From IMG/VR virus record IMGVR_UViG_3300020577_004340, positions 1 through 64,000 of that record: DNA of 64,000 nucleotides. The stretch is one strand, 5' to 3'. A program made the translations under genes and the position numbers. Shown one piece after another: positions 31,072-41,045 of the stretch. The stretch's first letter is position 1. Each line of letters starts with the position of its first letter. The stretch comes from a virus (Duplodnaviria; Caudoviricetes). The notes below the pieces were generated by a model. It had not been told where the DNA came from and ran no database searches. It was given only the letters and a program-made list of their open reading frames with translations.

Positions 31072-31551
31072 ATGGAAATGTTAACTTTAAAAGAAAAAAA
31101 ATTAGTAAAAGAGTATGCTAAAAAAATAGCAATGAAAAAACAGTCTTCTTCTACAACTAAAAAGAAAAAATTAGTTGAAGCTAATGGTGACGAAATGACA
31201 AGAGTAGAAGTGTACGATTCAATTAATTGGGATTTAGTAGGGAAAGAAATATTAAAGAAGTTTCACATTAACACTAAATTAAGTTTCCGATTGGGTGGAA
31301 ATGCTGGTAGAGAATATCCAGTAATGGAGAGTGATAATATAATAAAACAATGTGGCATATTTAAATATGCAATTGGTGAATGTTATTTAACTTTTTTCAA
31401 TGCTCAATTAAATACTGACTCGTCAAGCAAAATCAAGTTCTGGGGGACTATCAATTTTGATTATCCGGGTAATGGTATGAGAATTGGGCAAATTGTAATT
31501 GATAATAACGGTAAAATTACTGTTGACACCGATGCCCCAAGACATAATTAA
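31072..31551 (+). CDS. Hypothetical protein with MLTLKEKKLVKEYA leader
   Basis: Leader, then LVE site, then a unique domain. Confidence 0.65.
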   Translation: MEMLTLKEKKLVKEYAKKIAMKKQSSSTTKKKKLVEANGDEMTRVEVYDSINWDLVGKEILKKFHINTKLSFRLGGNAGREYPVMESDNIIKQCGIFKYAIGECYLTFFNAQLNTDSSSKIKFWGTINFDYPGNGMRIGQIVIDNNGKITVDTDAPRHN

Positions 31552-31595
31552 ATAAAAAATAAAAAAAATATTTGTTACAACTAAAGGAAAATGTA

Positions 31596-32603
31596 ATGTT
31601 AACATTAAAAGAAAAAAAATTAGTCAAAGAGTACGCCACTAAGTTAATCAGAAAAAGAAAACTCAATGAGGCTTTCCAGTCAAAATTAATGAAACGCATA
31701 CTGACAATACAAATTCCACCATTTAAATGGGGTGGATCTCACGGAAAGAAAATTGGCGTTGAAGGTAATATAATGAATTATTTACGAGTATTAGGAGTTA
31801 AGCCATCAGAAATTACAGATGAACAGATTACCGTGGGTGAAAATGGTGGAGTGAATTATAGTAAAAGTAATTCCGATTCTATTGTATTAATTTATGATAA
31901 ATCAACAAATAATTTAATTAATATAGTAGTAGATGGAAAAAATTCAAGAGTATATGCTAGAAGAAATAAATATTACAGTAGTGTAGATGCAAGTGATCCT
32001 AAATTTAAACGTAATTCTACTGCAACGTATGTAGCTGGAGGTGCTAGATTTGGGGGGTCATCGAAAGATGACAAGACTGGATTAGCCAGTATCGAAGCAA
32101 TGACGGTTGGTGAAATGAATTCATATCCATTTTATGCAATTAATGTAAAGGTAGACCCCACATCAAAAACTGTAAATACCGATTTTAGTGCATCTATGGA
32201 AGCCAATTACAGATTACTTGATAAGAAAAAATCTGAATACAAACAGAAAATAGTGGATATTAGAGCGGCTGCAAGAAAGGATGTAAAATATCCAGATGAA
32301 TTGACTGATGGCGCAAATAAATTAGAAGAGATAGGTAATTTACTAACTAATTTATTTGAACTAGTTAAGAAAAATCCTGCTAAATACGCATCTTCGACTT
32401 TTGGTAAGACAACGACATACGGCAAGGGGATGAGCTCTAAATCATACTATACAGATTTTTTGACTATGTATGCTAAAGTAGCTCGAATATTAGAAGATTC
32501 GGCTACACTTTACACAAAAGGGGCTGATTTTTCAACTGAGATGAGACGTTTTGATACAGATGCTACTGACTTAATACAACGATTACAACGAGCACTTAAA
32601 TAA
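31596..32603 (+). CDS. Hypothetical protein with MLTLKEKKLVKEYA leader
   Basis: ATG 31596 after AAAGGA; leader, then LNE site. Confidence 0.7.
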   Translation: MLTLKEKKLVKEYATKLIRKRKLNEAFQSKLMKRILTIQIPPFKWGGSHGKKIGVEGNIMNYLRVLGVKPSEITDEQITVGENGGVNYSKSNSDSIVLIYDKSTNNLINIVVDGKNSRVYARRNKYYSSVDASDPKFKRNSTATYVAGGARFGGSSKDDKTGLASIEAMTVGEMNSYPFYAINVKVDPTSKTVNTDFSASMEANYRLLDKKKSEYKQKIVDIRAAARKDVKYPDELTDGANKLEEIGNLLTNLFELVKKNPAKYASSTFGKTTTYGKGMSSKSYYTDFLTMYAKVARILEDSATLYTKGADFSTEMRRFDTDATDLIQRLQRALK

Positions 32604-33139
32604 TGCCATTATACACAAAAAGAAAAGATGCTGGCCTTTTAAAAGGCATTAACCGTGAATTACTTCATAGAATAGTTTCTATTGAATTGGCGGTATATCA
32701 ATTAAATTTGTCAGCATCTCCGACAAATATATACGGAGAATCATCGAAAAAAGCATATAATCCGCCGGTTAGAATTATCGCTTTACCTAGTATAGATCCA
32801 AAATCAACATCAGGTGAAAATGTAGTGGATTATGTACAAACGACACGTTTTGCAATGATGGCATCCGATTTAAAAGAAGCTAACCTTGTTATAGAGGCGG
32901 GTAATATTATTGAATTTAATAATAGATTCTATGAAGTGGATAATGTAATTGACACACATTATTGGTCTGGTAGAAACCCTGAGACGTTGTTCAATGTAAC
33001 AGAAGATAAAATGGCTGAATATGGATATAATCATTCAATTTCTATAGAATGTCATTTAACTAAGTTATCAAGTATATCTATTATAGATGTTCATACTGCT
33101 ACTACTTATGAATATCGACACACAAACAAAATAGTTTAA
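32603..33139 (+). CDS. Neck/head-completion protein (gp14-like)
   Basis: NIYGES, GNIIEFNNRFYEVD head-tail adaptor pattern. Confidence 0.6.
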   Translation: MPLYTKRKDAGLLKGINRELLHRIVSIELAVYQLNLSASPTNIYGESSKKAYNPPVRIIALPSIDPKSTSGENVVDYVQTTRFAMMASDLKEANLVIEAGNIIEFNNRFYEVDNVIDTHYWSGRNPETLFNVTEDKMAEYGYNHSISIECHLTKLSSISIIDVHTATTYEYRHTNKIV

Positions 33140-33150
33140 AGGAAAATGTA

Positions 33151-33448
33151 ATGTTAACATTAAAAGAAAAAAAAATTAGTAAAACAGTATGCTCGTTCAC
33201 TAATGGAATCCCCGGCAAATCAAGCTAAGGAAGATATAATATTGAATGCAATTAGAAAAAGTGGGTTAGCATCAACCGATAATAAAGTTTCTCAAGGAAA
33301 AATGCCCGGATTGTATTCATGTGAATTGAAAGGAAATAGTATAATTGATGTTGATAGATTAATCAACCTTCAAAAAAATTCATTTTCTAAAGTATCTATA
33401 CGTAGTGGTAATGACACTTTGAAAGCTTATTTTAGATTTAATAATTAA
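33151..33448 (+). CDS. Leader-bearing small protein with one extra A in an A9 run
   Basis: With A8 instead of A9 it reads MLTLKEKKLVKQYARSLME, in frame with the 33203 ORF. Confidence 0.65.
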
Positions 33449-33460
33449 ACAAAATTAAAA

Positions 33461-33796
33461 ATGGCAATAAAAGCAAATTTAGAAGCAAACGACCAGATTT
33501 ATCCATCGGCGTATTATAAAATTAGTAAACTAATATTAGCCACAGCTGATATTGAATCATTTGTACCGGATAAAGATGGTAACTTAGTATTATCATATGA
33601 AAAAATACATGAGGATTTTGCTCATGTTGTTGTATATCTAGATGAAGAATCTAGACGTAAAAATGTGTTTCCGGTGAAAACGTTTGCAATTGAGTTTAAT
33701 TATGATATTAATAATACAAATAATGCCTATCAACAAGCATACGATGCATTGAAGAATGTAGAGGCGTTAGCAAATTCAGAAATCATTGATTGTTAA
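33461..33796 (+). CDS. Hypothetical protein
   Basis: Complete ORF; AYYKI...AYQQAYDALK pattern seen in small tail-associated proteins. Confidence 0.55.
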   Translation: MAIKANLEANDQIYPSAYYKISKLILATADIESFVPDKDGNLVLSYEKIHEDFAHVVVYLDEESRRKNVFPVKTFAIEFNYDINNTNNAYQQAYDALKNVEALANSEIIDC

Positions 33797-33807
33797 TGAG
33801 GAATAAT

Positions 33808-34137
33808 ATGACAGCATTTAATAAGAATGACAAAAGAGCTTTTTTAGAGAGACTTAAGACTTTCTCCAGCATGGGTGAATCGATTTATCGTGCAAAAGAT
33901 TTAAAAACTCGTTGTGACGAAGTTAGAAATATAATTGAAATTGCTGAGCAATTGACATTGCAGGAGACTGAAAATTGGTTCGATGATGTGACTGTTAATA
34001 AGCACATGAAGACACTTAAAGAATCATATAAAATCTTTGAGAAAACTACAAACGAAATTATTACTTCACAACAACGTCTAGAATCTTCATATGAAGATAT
34101 TGCGAATATTCTAGAAAGATATTATGATATAGGATAA
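33808..34137 (+). CDS. Hypothetical coiled-coil protein
   Basis: ENWFDDVTV...LERYYDI. GAGGA upstream of ATG 33808 (track start 33790). Confidence 0.55.
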   Translation: MTAFNKNDKRAFLERLKTFSSMGESIYRAKDLKTRCDEVRNIIEIAEQLTLQETENWFDDVTVNKHMKTLKESYKIFEKTTNEIITSQQRLESSYEDIANILERYYDIG

Positions 34138-34141
34138 TATT

Positions 34142-34345
34142 ATGGGAATTACAGAAACTGTATTAAATGAAGTAGATGATTTACTCATGGATATTGAAAT
34201 ATTAATTGATTCTGATTATGGAAAGGTGGATGTGGCAACCTTTAAAAAGGCATATTCAAATATATCAGATGAATACATTAAGAAGTTTACTAAATTGTTG
34301 ACTACTATTCAAAGGAATGGCAATTTACAAAATACTGGAAAATAA
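34142..34345 (+). CDS. Small hypothetical protein
   Basis: Complete ORF; VLNE near the N-terminus. Confidence 0.5.
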   Translation: MGITETVLNEVDDLLMDIEILIDSDYGKVDVATFKKAYSNISDEYIKKFTKLLTTIQRNGNLQNTGK

Positions 34346-34348
34346 ATT

Positions 34349-35530
34349 ATGTACGAAGTTAATGTTAACATATGGCCAGGGTCTTCATCATTTGTAAGTG
34401 GGTCAACTCCATTTGGGTTCTATGATACAGACCCAGCATTTATAAATGATATTGATAAAGTAGCTGTTTGGTGTTCAAGACGGTTAGGGTATCCCATCAC
34501 TGACATTGAATTACAGGATGTTAATTTCTATGCAGCCTTTGAAGAATCGATAATTGAATATTCTTCACAAATCAATTCATTGAATGCTAGAGATAATCTA
34601 CTTCCGATGATTGGTTTACCATCAACAACAAATTTAAGTGGGCAATTAATTAACCCATCTTTACAAGGGATTTTTCGTGTTGCGAAACAGTATGGCTCTG
34701 AAGTAGGAGCTGGCGGTTATCTTACTTATTACACTGGTTCAATATCAATAACAAGAGATAAACAAGTATATGATTTATTATCAGAAGAGATAGATTTAGA
34801 AAAAGGTGATTTTAATACAGATACATTCACGATACGTAGAATATTGTATGAATATAGTCCAGCAATAAATAGGTCAATTGACCCTGGTATAAGTTCTGGA
34901 TTTGTAGATCAACAAATGTTAACACAATTTGGCTGGAGTGGTTTTTCATCTGGTATGAATTATACTACAATGCCATTATATCATGACCTGTTAAAATTAC
35001 AGGCAGTTGAATTTTATGACCAAATTAAAAAATCAGGCTATTCATTTCAATTAACGAATAATAGATTAAGAATATTTCCAATACCGACATCAGATTATAA
35101 AATATTCTTTTTATATACGTTGAACGATGAGATATTGGAAAATTTATCAACTGGTTCCGGGGCATATGATACTACTGGCTCAGGTGTAATTACTGATTAT
35201 AGTAATATTCCATATAATAATATTCCATATACATTAATAAATGATATTGGCAAAACTTGGATACGAAAATATACATTAGCATTATCGAAAGAAATGTTGG
35301 GGTTGGTTAGAGGAAAATATTCAGCAATACCAATACCAGAAAATGAAATCACACTAAATGGGGCTGAATTAGTTAGTTCCGCCCAAACAGAAAAAGATAC
35401 TTTGATTCAAGAATTAAAAGATACATTGGAATCAATGGGAAGGCAAGCACAATTAGAACGTAAGACAGCTGAATCAGATGCCTTAACATCTCAAATTAAT
35501 AAAGTTCCAATGAAAATATATATTAGATAA
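34349..35530 (+). CDS. Neck protein (T4 gp13-like)
   Basis: RRLGYPITDIEL, WIRKYTLALSKEMLGLVRGKY, ITLNG. Confidence 0.85.
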   Translation: MYEVNVNIWPGSSSFVSGSTPFGFYDTDPAFINDIDKVAVWCSRRLGYPITDIELQDVNFYAAFEESIIEYSSQINSLNARDNLLPMIGLPSTTNLSGQLINPSLQGIFRVAKQYGSEVGAGGYLTYYTGSISITRDKQVYDLLSEEIDLEKGDFNTDTFTIRRILYEYSPAINRSIDPGISSGFVDQQMLTQFGWSGFSSGMNYTTMPLYHDLLKLQAVEFYDQIKKSGYSFQLTNNRLRIFPIPTSDYKIFFLYTLNDEILENLSTGSGAYDTTGSGVITDYSNIPYNNIPYTLINDIGKTWIRKYTLALSKEMLGLVRGKYSAIPIPENEITLNGAELVSSAQTEKDTLIQELKDTLESMGRQAQLERKTAESDALTSQINKVPMKIYIR

Positions 35531-35536
35531 AAATAA

Positions 35537-35568
35537 TTTGGAATATTACAATAATATTAATAACTTTG
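35537..35568 (+). promoter_or_regulatory. Bacteroidota-type primary-sigma promoter
   Basis: TTTG (35537) - 20 nt - TAACTTTG (35561); the following ~24 nt match those after the 31033 promoter. Confidence 0.78.
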
Positions 35569-35596
35569 TAGTATTATTTTAAAAATAAAAAATGTT

Positions 35597-35962
35597 ATGA
35601 GTGTATATAAAGAATTAAGATCAGTAGTTGATGTTATAGAAAAAGGCAGTAAACAAATTTATACTGATTCAATTGATTTTGGAATGCCAGTAAAAAGTAA
35701 AACTGACCCAATTGTGAAAACAATTAAGGGGATAATAACTCAATATAAACCAAGTGTTGATACACACTGACATGGAACCGGGTCAACACAAACAATTACA
35801 TTTAATGGTGGTGTTGGGCAATATATTGAGGCTGGAGATTCTATTATTAAGATAATATACACTACTACAAGAAAACATTCATCTGGTATAATTGGATATA
35901 TATCTGTTGAGGGAAATACTCCACCGGAGATAAAAAAACGAGCAAGAGCAATGGATTATTAA
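35597..35962 (+). pseudogene. 121-codon frame interrupted by a single in-frame TGA (pseudogene or readthrough gene)
   Basis: ATG 35597, 57 codons, TGA 35768-35770, then 63 open codons to TAA 35962. Confidence 0.6.
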
Positions 35963-36018
35963 ATAATTTAGTTTAAAATAAAAAACATAAATTATTTTAT
36001 ATTTATTTATAAAAAAGA

Positions 36019-36249
36019 ATGACGAAATCGGAAAAGAAATTTTTATCAATAACACCAGGAACATTGGGCGTAAATGTAATTAATAATGATATTGCATTTG
36101 CATTAAGAGAATTTAAATCTTTAATGAAAAGAAGTGGAAAATTAAATAATATTAAAAAATGTTATGTAAAACCATCAATACGCAGAAAAGAAAAATTAGA
36201 TTCAGCAAAGTTTAAACAGTATTTGAAAACGAAGAGGGAATTATGTTAA
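36019..36249 (+). CDS. rpsU: Phage-encoded ribosomal protein bS21
   Basis: V..NNDIAFALREFK...KRSG...YVKPSIRRK matches the bS21 pattern (ALR/KxFK, KPS); located next to capsid genes. Confidence 0.8.
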   Translation: MTKSEKKFLSITPGTLGVNVINNDIAFALREFKSLMKRSGKLNNIKKCYVKPSIRRKEKLDSAKFKQYLKTKRELC

Positions 36250-36405
36250 ATAAACTTGAAAAAAGAATTACCAAAAGACCCAACAATCGATGATTTAGAA
36301 ACAGTATTAGATAAATATGGATATTCCTCAGTTTTTGATTGGGTAAATTCCTTGTTAAAATAACAATTAATCGATATTTTCTAGATTTTTTTAAAAAATA
36401 TTAAT

Positions 36406-36437
36406 GTTTTGAAAAAAACTTTATATTTATATTAAAC
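36406..36437 (+). promoter_or_regulatory. Putative phage late promoter (TATTTAT core with extended upstream match)
   Basis: GTTTTGAAAAAAACTTTATATTTATATTAAAC closely matches 46433-46464 upstream of the sheath gene. Confidence 0.6.
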
Positions 36438-36442
36438 AATAT

Positions 36443-36505
36443 ACCATATTCTTAATATATGGTTACACATAAAAAATCCTACCATTAAGATTCCTAATAA
36501 TCTTA
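36443..36505 (+). promoter_or_regulatory. Twin hairpins in the scaffold/capsid 5' leader
   Basis: accatat-TCTTAAT-atatggt and taagatt-CCTAAT-aatctta. Confidence 0.55.
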
Positions 36506-36529
36506 TATTTACAATACATAGAGGTATAA

Positions 36530-37414
36530 ATGAAGAAACCGGCAAAATCAACATTATTGTCCGAAGTAATCGCAGATGCTAAAGCAGTAAAACATACAGC
36601 TGAACAAGCAGCATTCTCAGCGTTAAAAGAGGCTTTCCAGCCAACCATCAATCGATTGGTTTCAAATAAATTGGCAGAAGAAGGTGAATTAGATGATGAA
36701 CCAGAAACTGATGATATCGATTTAGATTCAACAGAATCACCAGAACCACCAGCTGCAGAACCAACTCCAGAAGAAGAAGACTACATGGAAGACGAACCAG
36801 ATGAAGATGATGTTGACTTGGAAGAAATTTTGAGAGAACTGGATGGCGAAGATGATGAGGAAATGATGGATGAAGAAGATGACATGGAAGGCAACGAAGA
36901 TTTATTTAATGAATCAGATGATGCGGACGAAGACGATTTAGATGACTCAATTGATGAAATTATCAATGAAGTTGAAGATGAATTGGAAGAAGAAGACGAC
37001 ATGGAAGACGAACCAGCTCCGTCACCCGAAGTAACAGCTGAAAGTAAAAGATTACGAAGACAATTAAAGAAGACTAGATTAGACTTAAAAGAGGCGCATC
37101 TTGCAATCGCTACTTTAAAAAGTGCATTGACAGAAGTTAACATTTTAAATACTAAGTTGACATATGCAACAAAATTATTGAAAAATAATAATTTAAGTGA
37201 AGCTAAACAAACTGAAATTTTAAAATCGTTTGACAGAGCAAAAACTATAAGAGAAGTTAAGTTAGTCTATGCAACGATTGTAGAAAGTTTGAAGAAAGTT
37301 AAAACACCTACTATTAAAGAATCTATTAATAAAACACCTAAAGCAGTTAATCCAAATGGCAGTGATTTCTATTCATTCGCACCAAGATGGAAAGACTTAG
37401 CGGGTATTAAATAA
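36530..37414 (+). CDS. Prohead scaffolding protein (gp22-like)
   Basis: Highly acidic middle, coiled C-terminus, RWKDLAGIK end; immediately upstream of the capsid gene. Confidence 0.8.
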   Translation: MKKPAKSTLLSEVIADAKAVKHTAEQAAFSALKEAFQPTINRLVSNKLAEEGELDDEPETDDIDLDSTESPEPPAAEPTPEEEDYMEDEPDEDDVDLEEILRELDGEDDEEMMDEEDDMEGNEDLFNESDDADEDDLDDSIDEIINEVEDELEEEDDMEDEPAPSPEVTAESKRLRRQLKKTRLDLKEAHLAIATLKSALTEVNILNTKLTYATKLLKNNNLSEAKQTEILKSFDRAKTIREVKLVYATIVESLKKVKTPTIKESINKTPKAVNPNGSDFYSFAPRWKDLAGIK

Positions 37415-37443
37415 TTAAAATAAAAACAGAAGGAAACTTATAA

Positions 37444-39096
37444 ATGGATATATCAAAATTAGCGCCGGGTAACTTGGCGGAACAAAAGAAAAAAGAAGCC
37501 ATGTTGTTAGTTAGCAAGTGGGCTAAAACAGGACTTTTAGAGGGCTTAGCTGAAAAAGATAAGGGAGCGGTAGCTACATTATTAGATAATCAGGCTAGAC
37601 AATGTCTAAAAGAGGCGAATAACACAAGTACACAAAATGGAGCTGAAGCTTGGAATGGTGTTGCATTACCATTGATTCGTAGAATTTTTGGTGAAATTGC
37701 ATCAAAAGAATTCTTATCAGTTCAACCAATGAATATGCCTTCAGGCCTTGTATTTTGGTTAGAATATAAATATGCAACTGGACAACCAGGTTATACTACT
37801 AATTCTGGATTAGGTTCACAAGAAGATTCAATCTGGGGTGTAACTGATGCTAGAAAAGGTGATGTGGCTGGAACAGGTGGTTTATATGGTGCTGGAAGAT
37901 ATGGTTATTCAATTAATGATTATAGTTCAAGTGCATTTAGATGTAATGAAACAGCATCTGCAGGTAATATACTAGCTGGTACTGGTTCAGTTGAGGCTTG
38001 TAATTTAACATCAGATATTAATTTTAATTCTGATTTCAGTGGGTCAGTAGTTAACGCTGCTCAAATTAAGAAAATTATAGTTCCAATATCTGGAAGTTCA
38101 CCGAACAACAATATTACAAACGCAGACCCATTGGGTGTAAGAGCATTTACAATTTCTGGAACTGGTATTAACGAAATATATCAAGAATTTACAACTGTAT
38201 CAAGTGATAGTAAGACGGTGACATTTGTGGTATCAGGTTCAATTACTTCAGCAACTGATGTTGTATTGTATTACCATAAACAACCAACTGATATTACTAG
38301 AGGTGATTTTGAGGACAGTAAGACACAAGAAAATCCATTGGATATTCCAAGTTTAGACTTACAATTCCATCAAGAGACAATTGTTGCTAAAACTAGAAAG
38401 TTGAAAGCACACTGGACACCAGAATTTGCACAAGACATTAATGCGTACCAAAACATTGATGCTGAAGCTGAATTGACTGGTATTTTAGGTGAATATGTAT
38501 CACAAGAAATTGATTTGGAATTATTAGATATGTTATTGGATGGGGCACAATCTAAAGATTATTGGTCAGCCAATTTAGGTTATGTGTACAACGCTGGTAG
38601 CAAATCATTTAGTCAAGTAGCAGCAAATGTTGCAGCATACAATCAAGGAACATGGTTCCAAACATTGGGAACTAAAATCCAAAAAATGTCAAATGAGATA
38701 CATTCATTGACACTTAGAGGTGGAGCCAATTTCTTAGTTACTAGCCCAAGAGTTGCAACTATATTAGAATCAATTCCAGGTTATGCAGCTGATACTGATG
38801 GCGATAAAATGAAATTCGCAATGGGTGTTCAAAAGATTGGTACTATTAACAGTAGATTTACAGTATATAAGAACCCTTATATGAGAAGTAATGTTATTTT
38901 AATGGGTTACAGAGGTGCTCAATATTTGGAAACAGGTGCTGTTTACAGTCCATATATTCCATTGATGATGACTCCAACTGTTTTAGATCCAGATAACTTC
39001 ACACCAAGAAAGGGTATTATGACAAGATATGCTAAGAAACTATTAAGACCTGAATTCTATGGTAAATTATATATCAAGGATTTAGATACGGTGTAA
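37444..39096 (+). CDS. Major capsid protein (T4 gp23-like)
   Basis: SVQPMNMPSGLVF, AKTRKLKAHWTPEFAQD, DAEAEL, YSPYIPL, PRKGIMTRY. Confidence 0.97.
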   Translation: MDISKLAPGNLAEQKKKEAMLLVSKWAKTGLLEGLAEKDKGAVATLLDNQARQCLKEANNTSTQNGAEAWNGVALPLIRRIFGEIASKEFLSVQPMNMPSGLVFWLEYKYATGQPGYTTNSGLGSQEDSIWGVTDARKGDVAGTGGLYGAGRYGYSINDYSSSAFRCNETASAGNILAGTGSVEACNLTSDINFNSDFSGSVVNAAQIKKIIVPISGSSPNNNITNADPLGVRAFTISGTGINEIYQEFTTVSSDSKTVTFVVSGSITSATDVVLYYHKQPTDITRGDFEDSKTQENPLDIPSLDLQFHQETIVAKTRKLKAHWTPEFAQDINAYQNIDAEAELTGILGEYVSQEIDLELLDMLLDGAQSKDYWSANLGYVYNAGSKSFSQVAANVAAYNQGTWFQTLGTKIQKMSNEIHSLTLRGGANFLVTSPRVATILESIPGYAADTDGDKMKFAMGVQKIGTINSRFTVYKNPYMRSNVILMGYRGAQYLETGAVYSPYIPLMMTPTVLDPDNFTPRKGIMTRYAKKLLRPEFYGKLYIKDLDTV

Positions 39097-39111
39097 CCGT
39101 TATAAACCGAA

Positions 39112-39151
39112 AAAATCGCCCCTATTAAGAAATTAGTAGGGGATTTTTTTT
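39112..39151 (+). terminator. Rho-independent terminator after the capsid gene
   Basis: cccctattaa-gaaa-ttagtagggg followed by a T-run. Confidence 0.85.
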
Positions 39152-39184
39152 GAATTGTCGTAAAATAATATTATATTGTATTGT

Positions 39185-40720
39185 ATGAATAAAAAATGTT
39201 TAATGTGTGGTACTGTATTGACTGTAAAACAAAAACAATTTTGTTCAGTTCAATGCAAAAGTAAATCACAAATTAGAAAGGTGGAAATTGATACAACAAA
39301 ATTGTTTAGATGTAAATTAACTGGAAAAACCGTGTCACTTGGTTCTAAAATGTCCGGATACTTAACTAAATATTCTAAGACAGTTTTGAATAAAGAATAT
39401 GATTCCGATGATTGGGAAATCATTGATAATATTATTACTGTTGTACCCACAATGAGTTGCCCGATATGTATGAGATGGTCAACAAAAGACGTACAAAACA
39501 AATCAGGATGTTTAACAGCACATATTAATAAAGAGCACAAATTAAATATAGATGAATTTTGTACAATTTATCCAGAATTCAAACATCTTTGGTCAATACA
39601 TTGGAAAAAACAAACATACAATGAAGAATTAAATATTCCAGATAATAATATACAATGTTTGGAGTGTGGGAAATTATTAAAAAAGATAACATGTACCCAT
39701 TTAAAAAAACATAATATGAGTAATTCCCAATATTCAGATAAATATGGTGTAACCAATCTATCGTCATTGAACACTAGAAAAAAATTACAAGTATTATATG
39801 CAAATAATGATAATTTATTAGATACTAATTGGAATTCTAAAGGACAGATTGAGATACAAACGTTTATTAATGATTTAGGATTTAAGACTGTAATTAGAAG
39901 AAAAGATCACGTTGAATTAGATATATTCATACCAGAAAAAAATATAGCTATTGAATATAATGGTTTATATTGGCATTCCGAATTTCATGGTAAAAAAAAT
40001 AAATTATACCATGTTCATAAAACTGATTATTGTGAAAAAAATGGAATTCATTTAATACATGTATTTGAGGATGAATGGTATAATAAAAATGATATTATTA
40101 AATCCAGAATTAAAAATATATTAGGAATTAATACAGAACGTATTTATGCTAGGCAATGTACAATACAACCAGTTTCAGGTATAGACAAAAAAGAATTTTT
40201 AGATTTAAATCACATTCAAGGGCATGATAACAGTTCATATTCAATCGGATTGTTTTATAAAACGGATTTGGTTTCCATAATGACTTTTAGGAAGCCGTTG
40301 GTTAGTATGGGGCACAAAAACACGGCTAATAATATAATTGAATTGTCTAGATTTTGCAGTAGATTAAATACAAATGTAATAGGTGCGGCAGATAAATTGT
40401 TTAAATACTTTTTAAAGAATAATACTGAATACGATACAATAATTTCATATGCAGATAGACGTTGGACAACGACAATACGAGAGTCTGTATATGATAAATT
40501 GGGTTTTGTTAATATTGGAAAATCTAACCCAAATTATTGGTACATGAAACGGCACAAAATTAGATTATCAAGATTTAATTACACAAAAAATGCAATATTA
40601 GATAAATTTCCAACTACCTCCCCTGAATTGACAGAATGGGAAAATATGTTGAAGTTAGGTTATGACAGAATATGGGATTGTGGGACATTAAAATATAAAT
40701 ACGATGTGAAAAATAATTAA
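39185..40720 (+). CDS. Hef-like/PD-(D/E)XK homing endonuclease with Zn fingers
   Basis: Multiple CxxC/C2H2 motifs; ELDIFIPEKNIAIEYNGLYWH, IHVFEDEW, IYARQC, ELSRFC, SYADRRW, IWDCG. Confidence 0.85.
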   Translation: MNKKCLMCGTVLTVKQKQFCSVQCKSKSQIRKVEIDTTKLFRCKLTGKTVSLGSKMSGYLTKYSKTVLNKEYDSDDWEIIDNIITVVPTMSCPICMRWSTKDVQNKSGCLTAHINKEHKLNIDEFCTIYPEFKHLWSIHWKKQTYNEELNIPDNNIQCLECGKLLKKITCTHLKKHNMSNSQYSDKYGVTNLSSLNTRKKLQVLYANNDNLLDTNWNSKGQIEIQTFINDLGFKTVIRRKDHVELDIFIPEKNIAIEYNGLYWHSEFHGKKNKLYHVHKTDYCEKNGIHLIHVFEDEWYNKNDIIKSRIKNILGINTERIYARQCTIQPVSGIDKKEFLDLNHIQGHDNSSYSIGLFYKTDLVSIMTFRKPLVSMGHKNTANNIIELSRFCSRLNTNVIGAADKLFKYFLKNNTEYDTIISYADRRWTTTIRESVYDKLGFVNIGKSNPNYWYMKRHKIRLSRFNYTKNAILDKFPTTSPELTEWENMLKLGYDRIWDCGTLKYKYDVKNN

Positions 40721-40727
40721 TGAAAAA

Positions 40728-40759
40728 TTTGGATAATACATAAACACTATATATATTTG
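40728..40759 (+). promoter_or_regulatory. Bacteroidota-type primary-sigma promoter
   Basis: TTTG (40728) - 20 nt - TATATTTG (40752). Confidence 0.75.
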
Positions 40760-40779
40760 TAAGGATAAAACTAAATAAA

Positions 40780-41034
40780 ATGAAAAGGTTCAAATTTACA
40801 TTAGTATATAAAGCATTTGGTGCTAATATCAATTTACCAGTTACATTCGAATATTCGGGTTGGAGGTATCCATCAAAAAGAACTCCACAAAAAGAAATAC
40901 TTAGCATTATAAGTTATGATACGAGTGATATTGACATTGCAACCATTGGATTAGACAATTCGTTTACTTATGGGTTAAAAGGAGATGTAATTAATCAATT
41001 ATATTCAAATTATTCAGAATGGCAAGAAATATAA
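40780..41034 (+). CDS. Hypothetical protein
   Basis: Complete ORF behind a host-type promoter. Confidence 0.55.
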   Translation: MKRFKFTLVYKAFGANINLPVTFEYSGWRYPSKRTPQKEILSIISYDTSDIDIATIGLDNSFTYGLKGDVINQLYSNYSEWQEI

Positions 41035-41045
41035 AAACTGAAATT

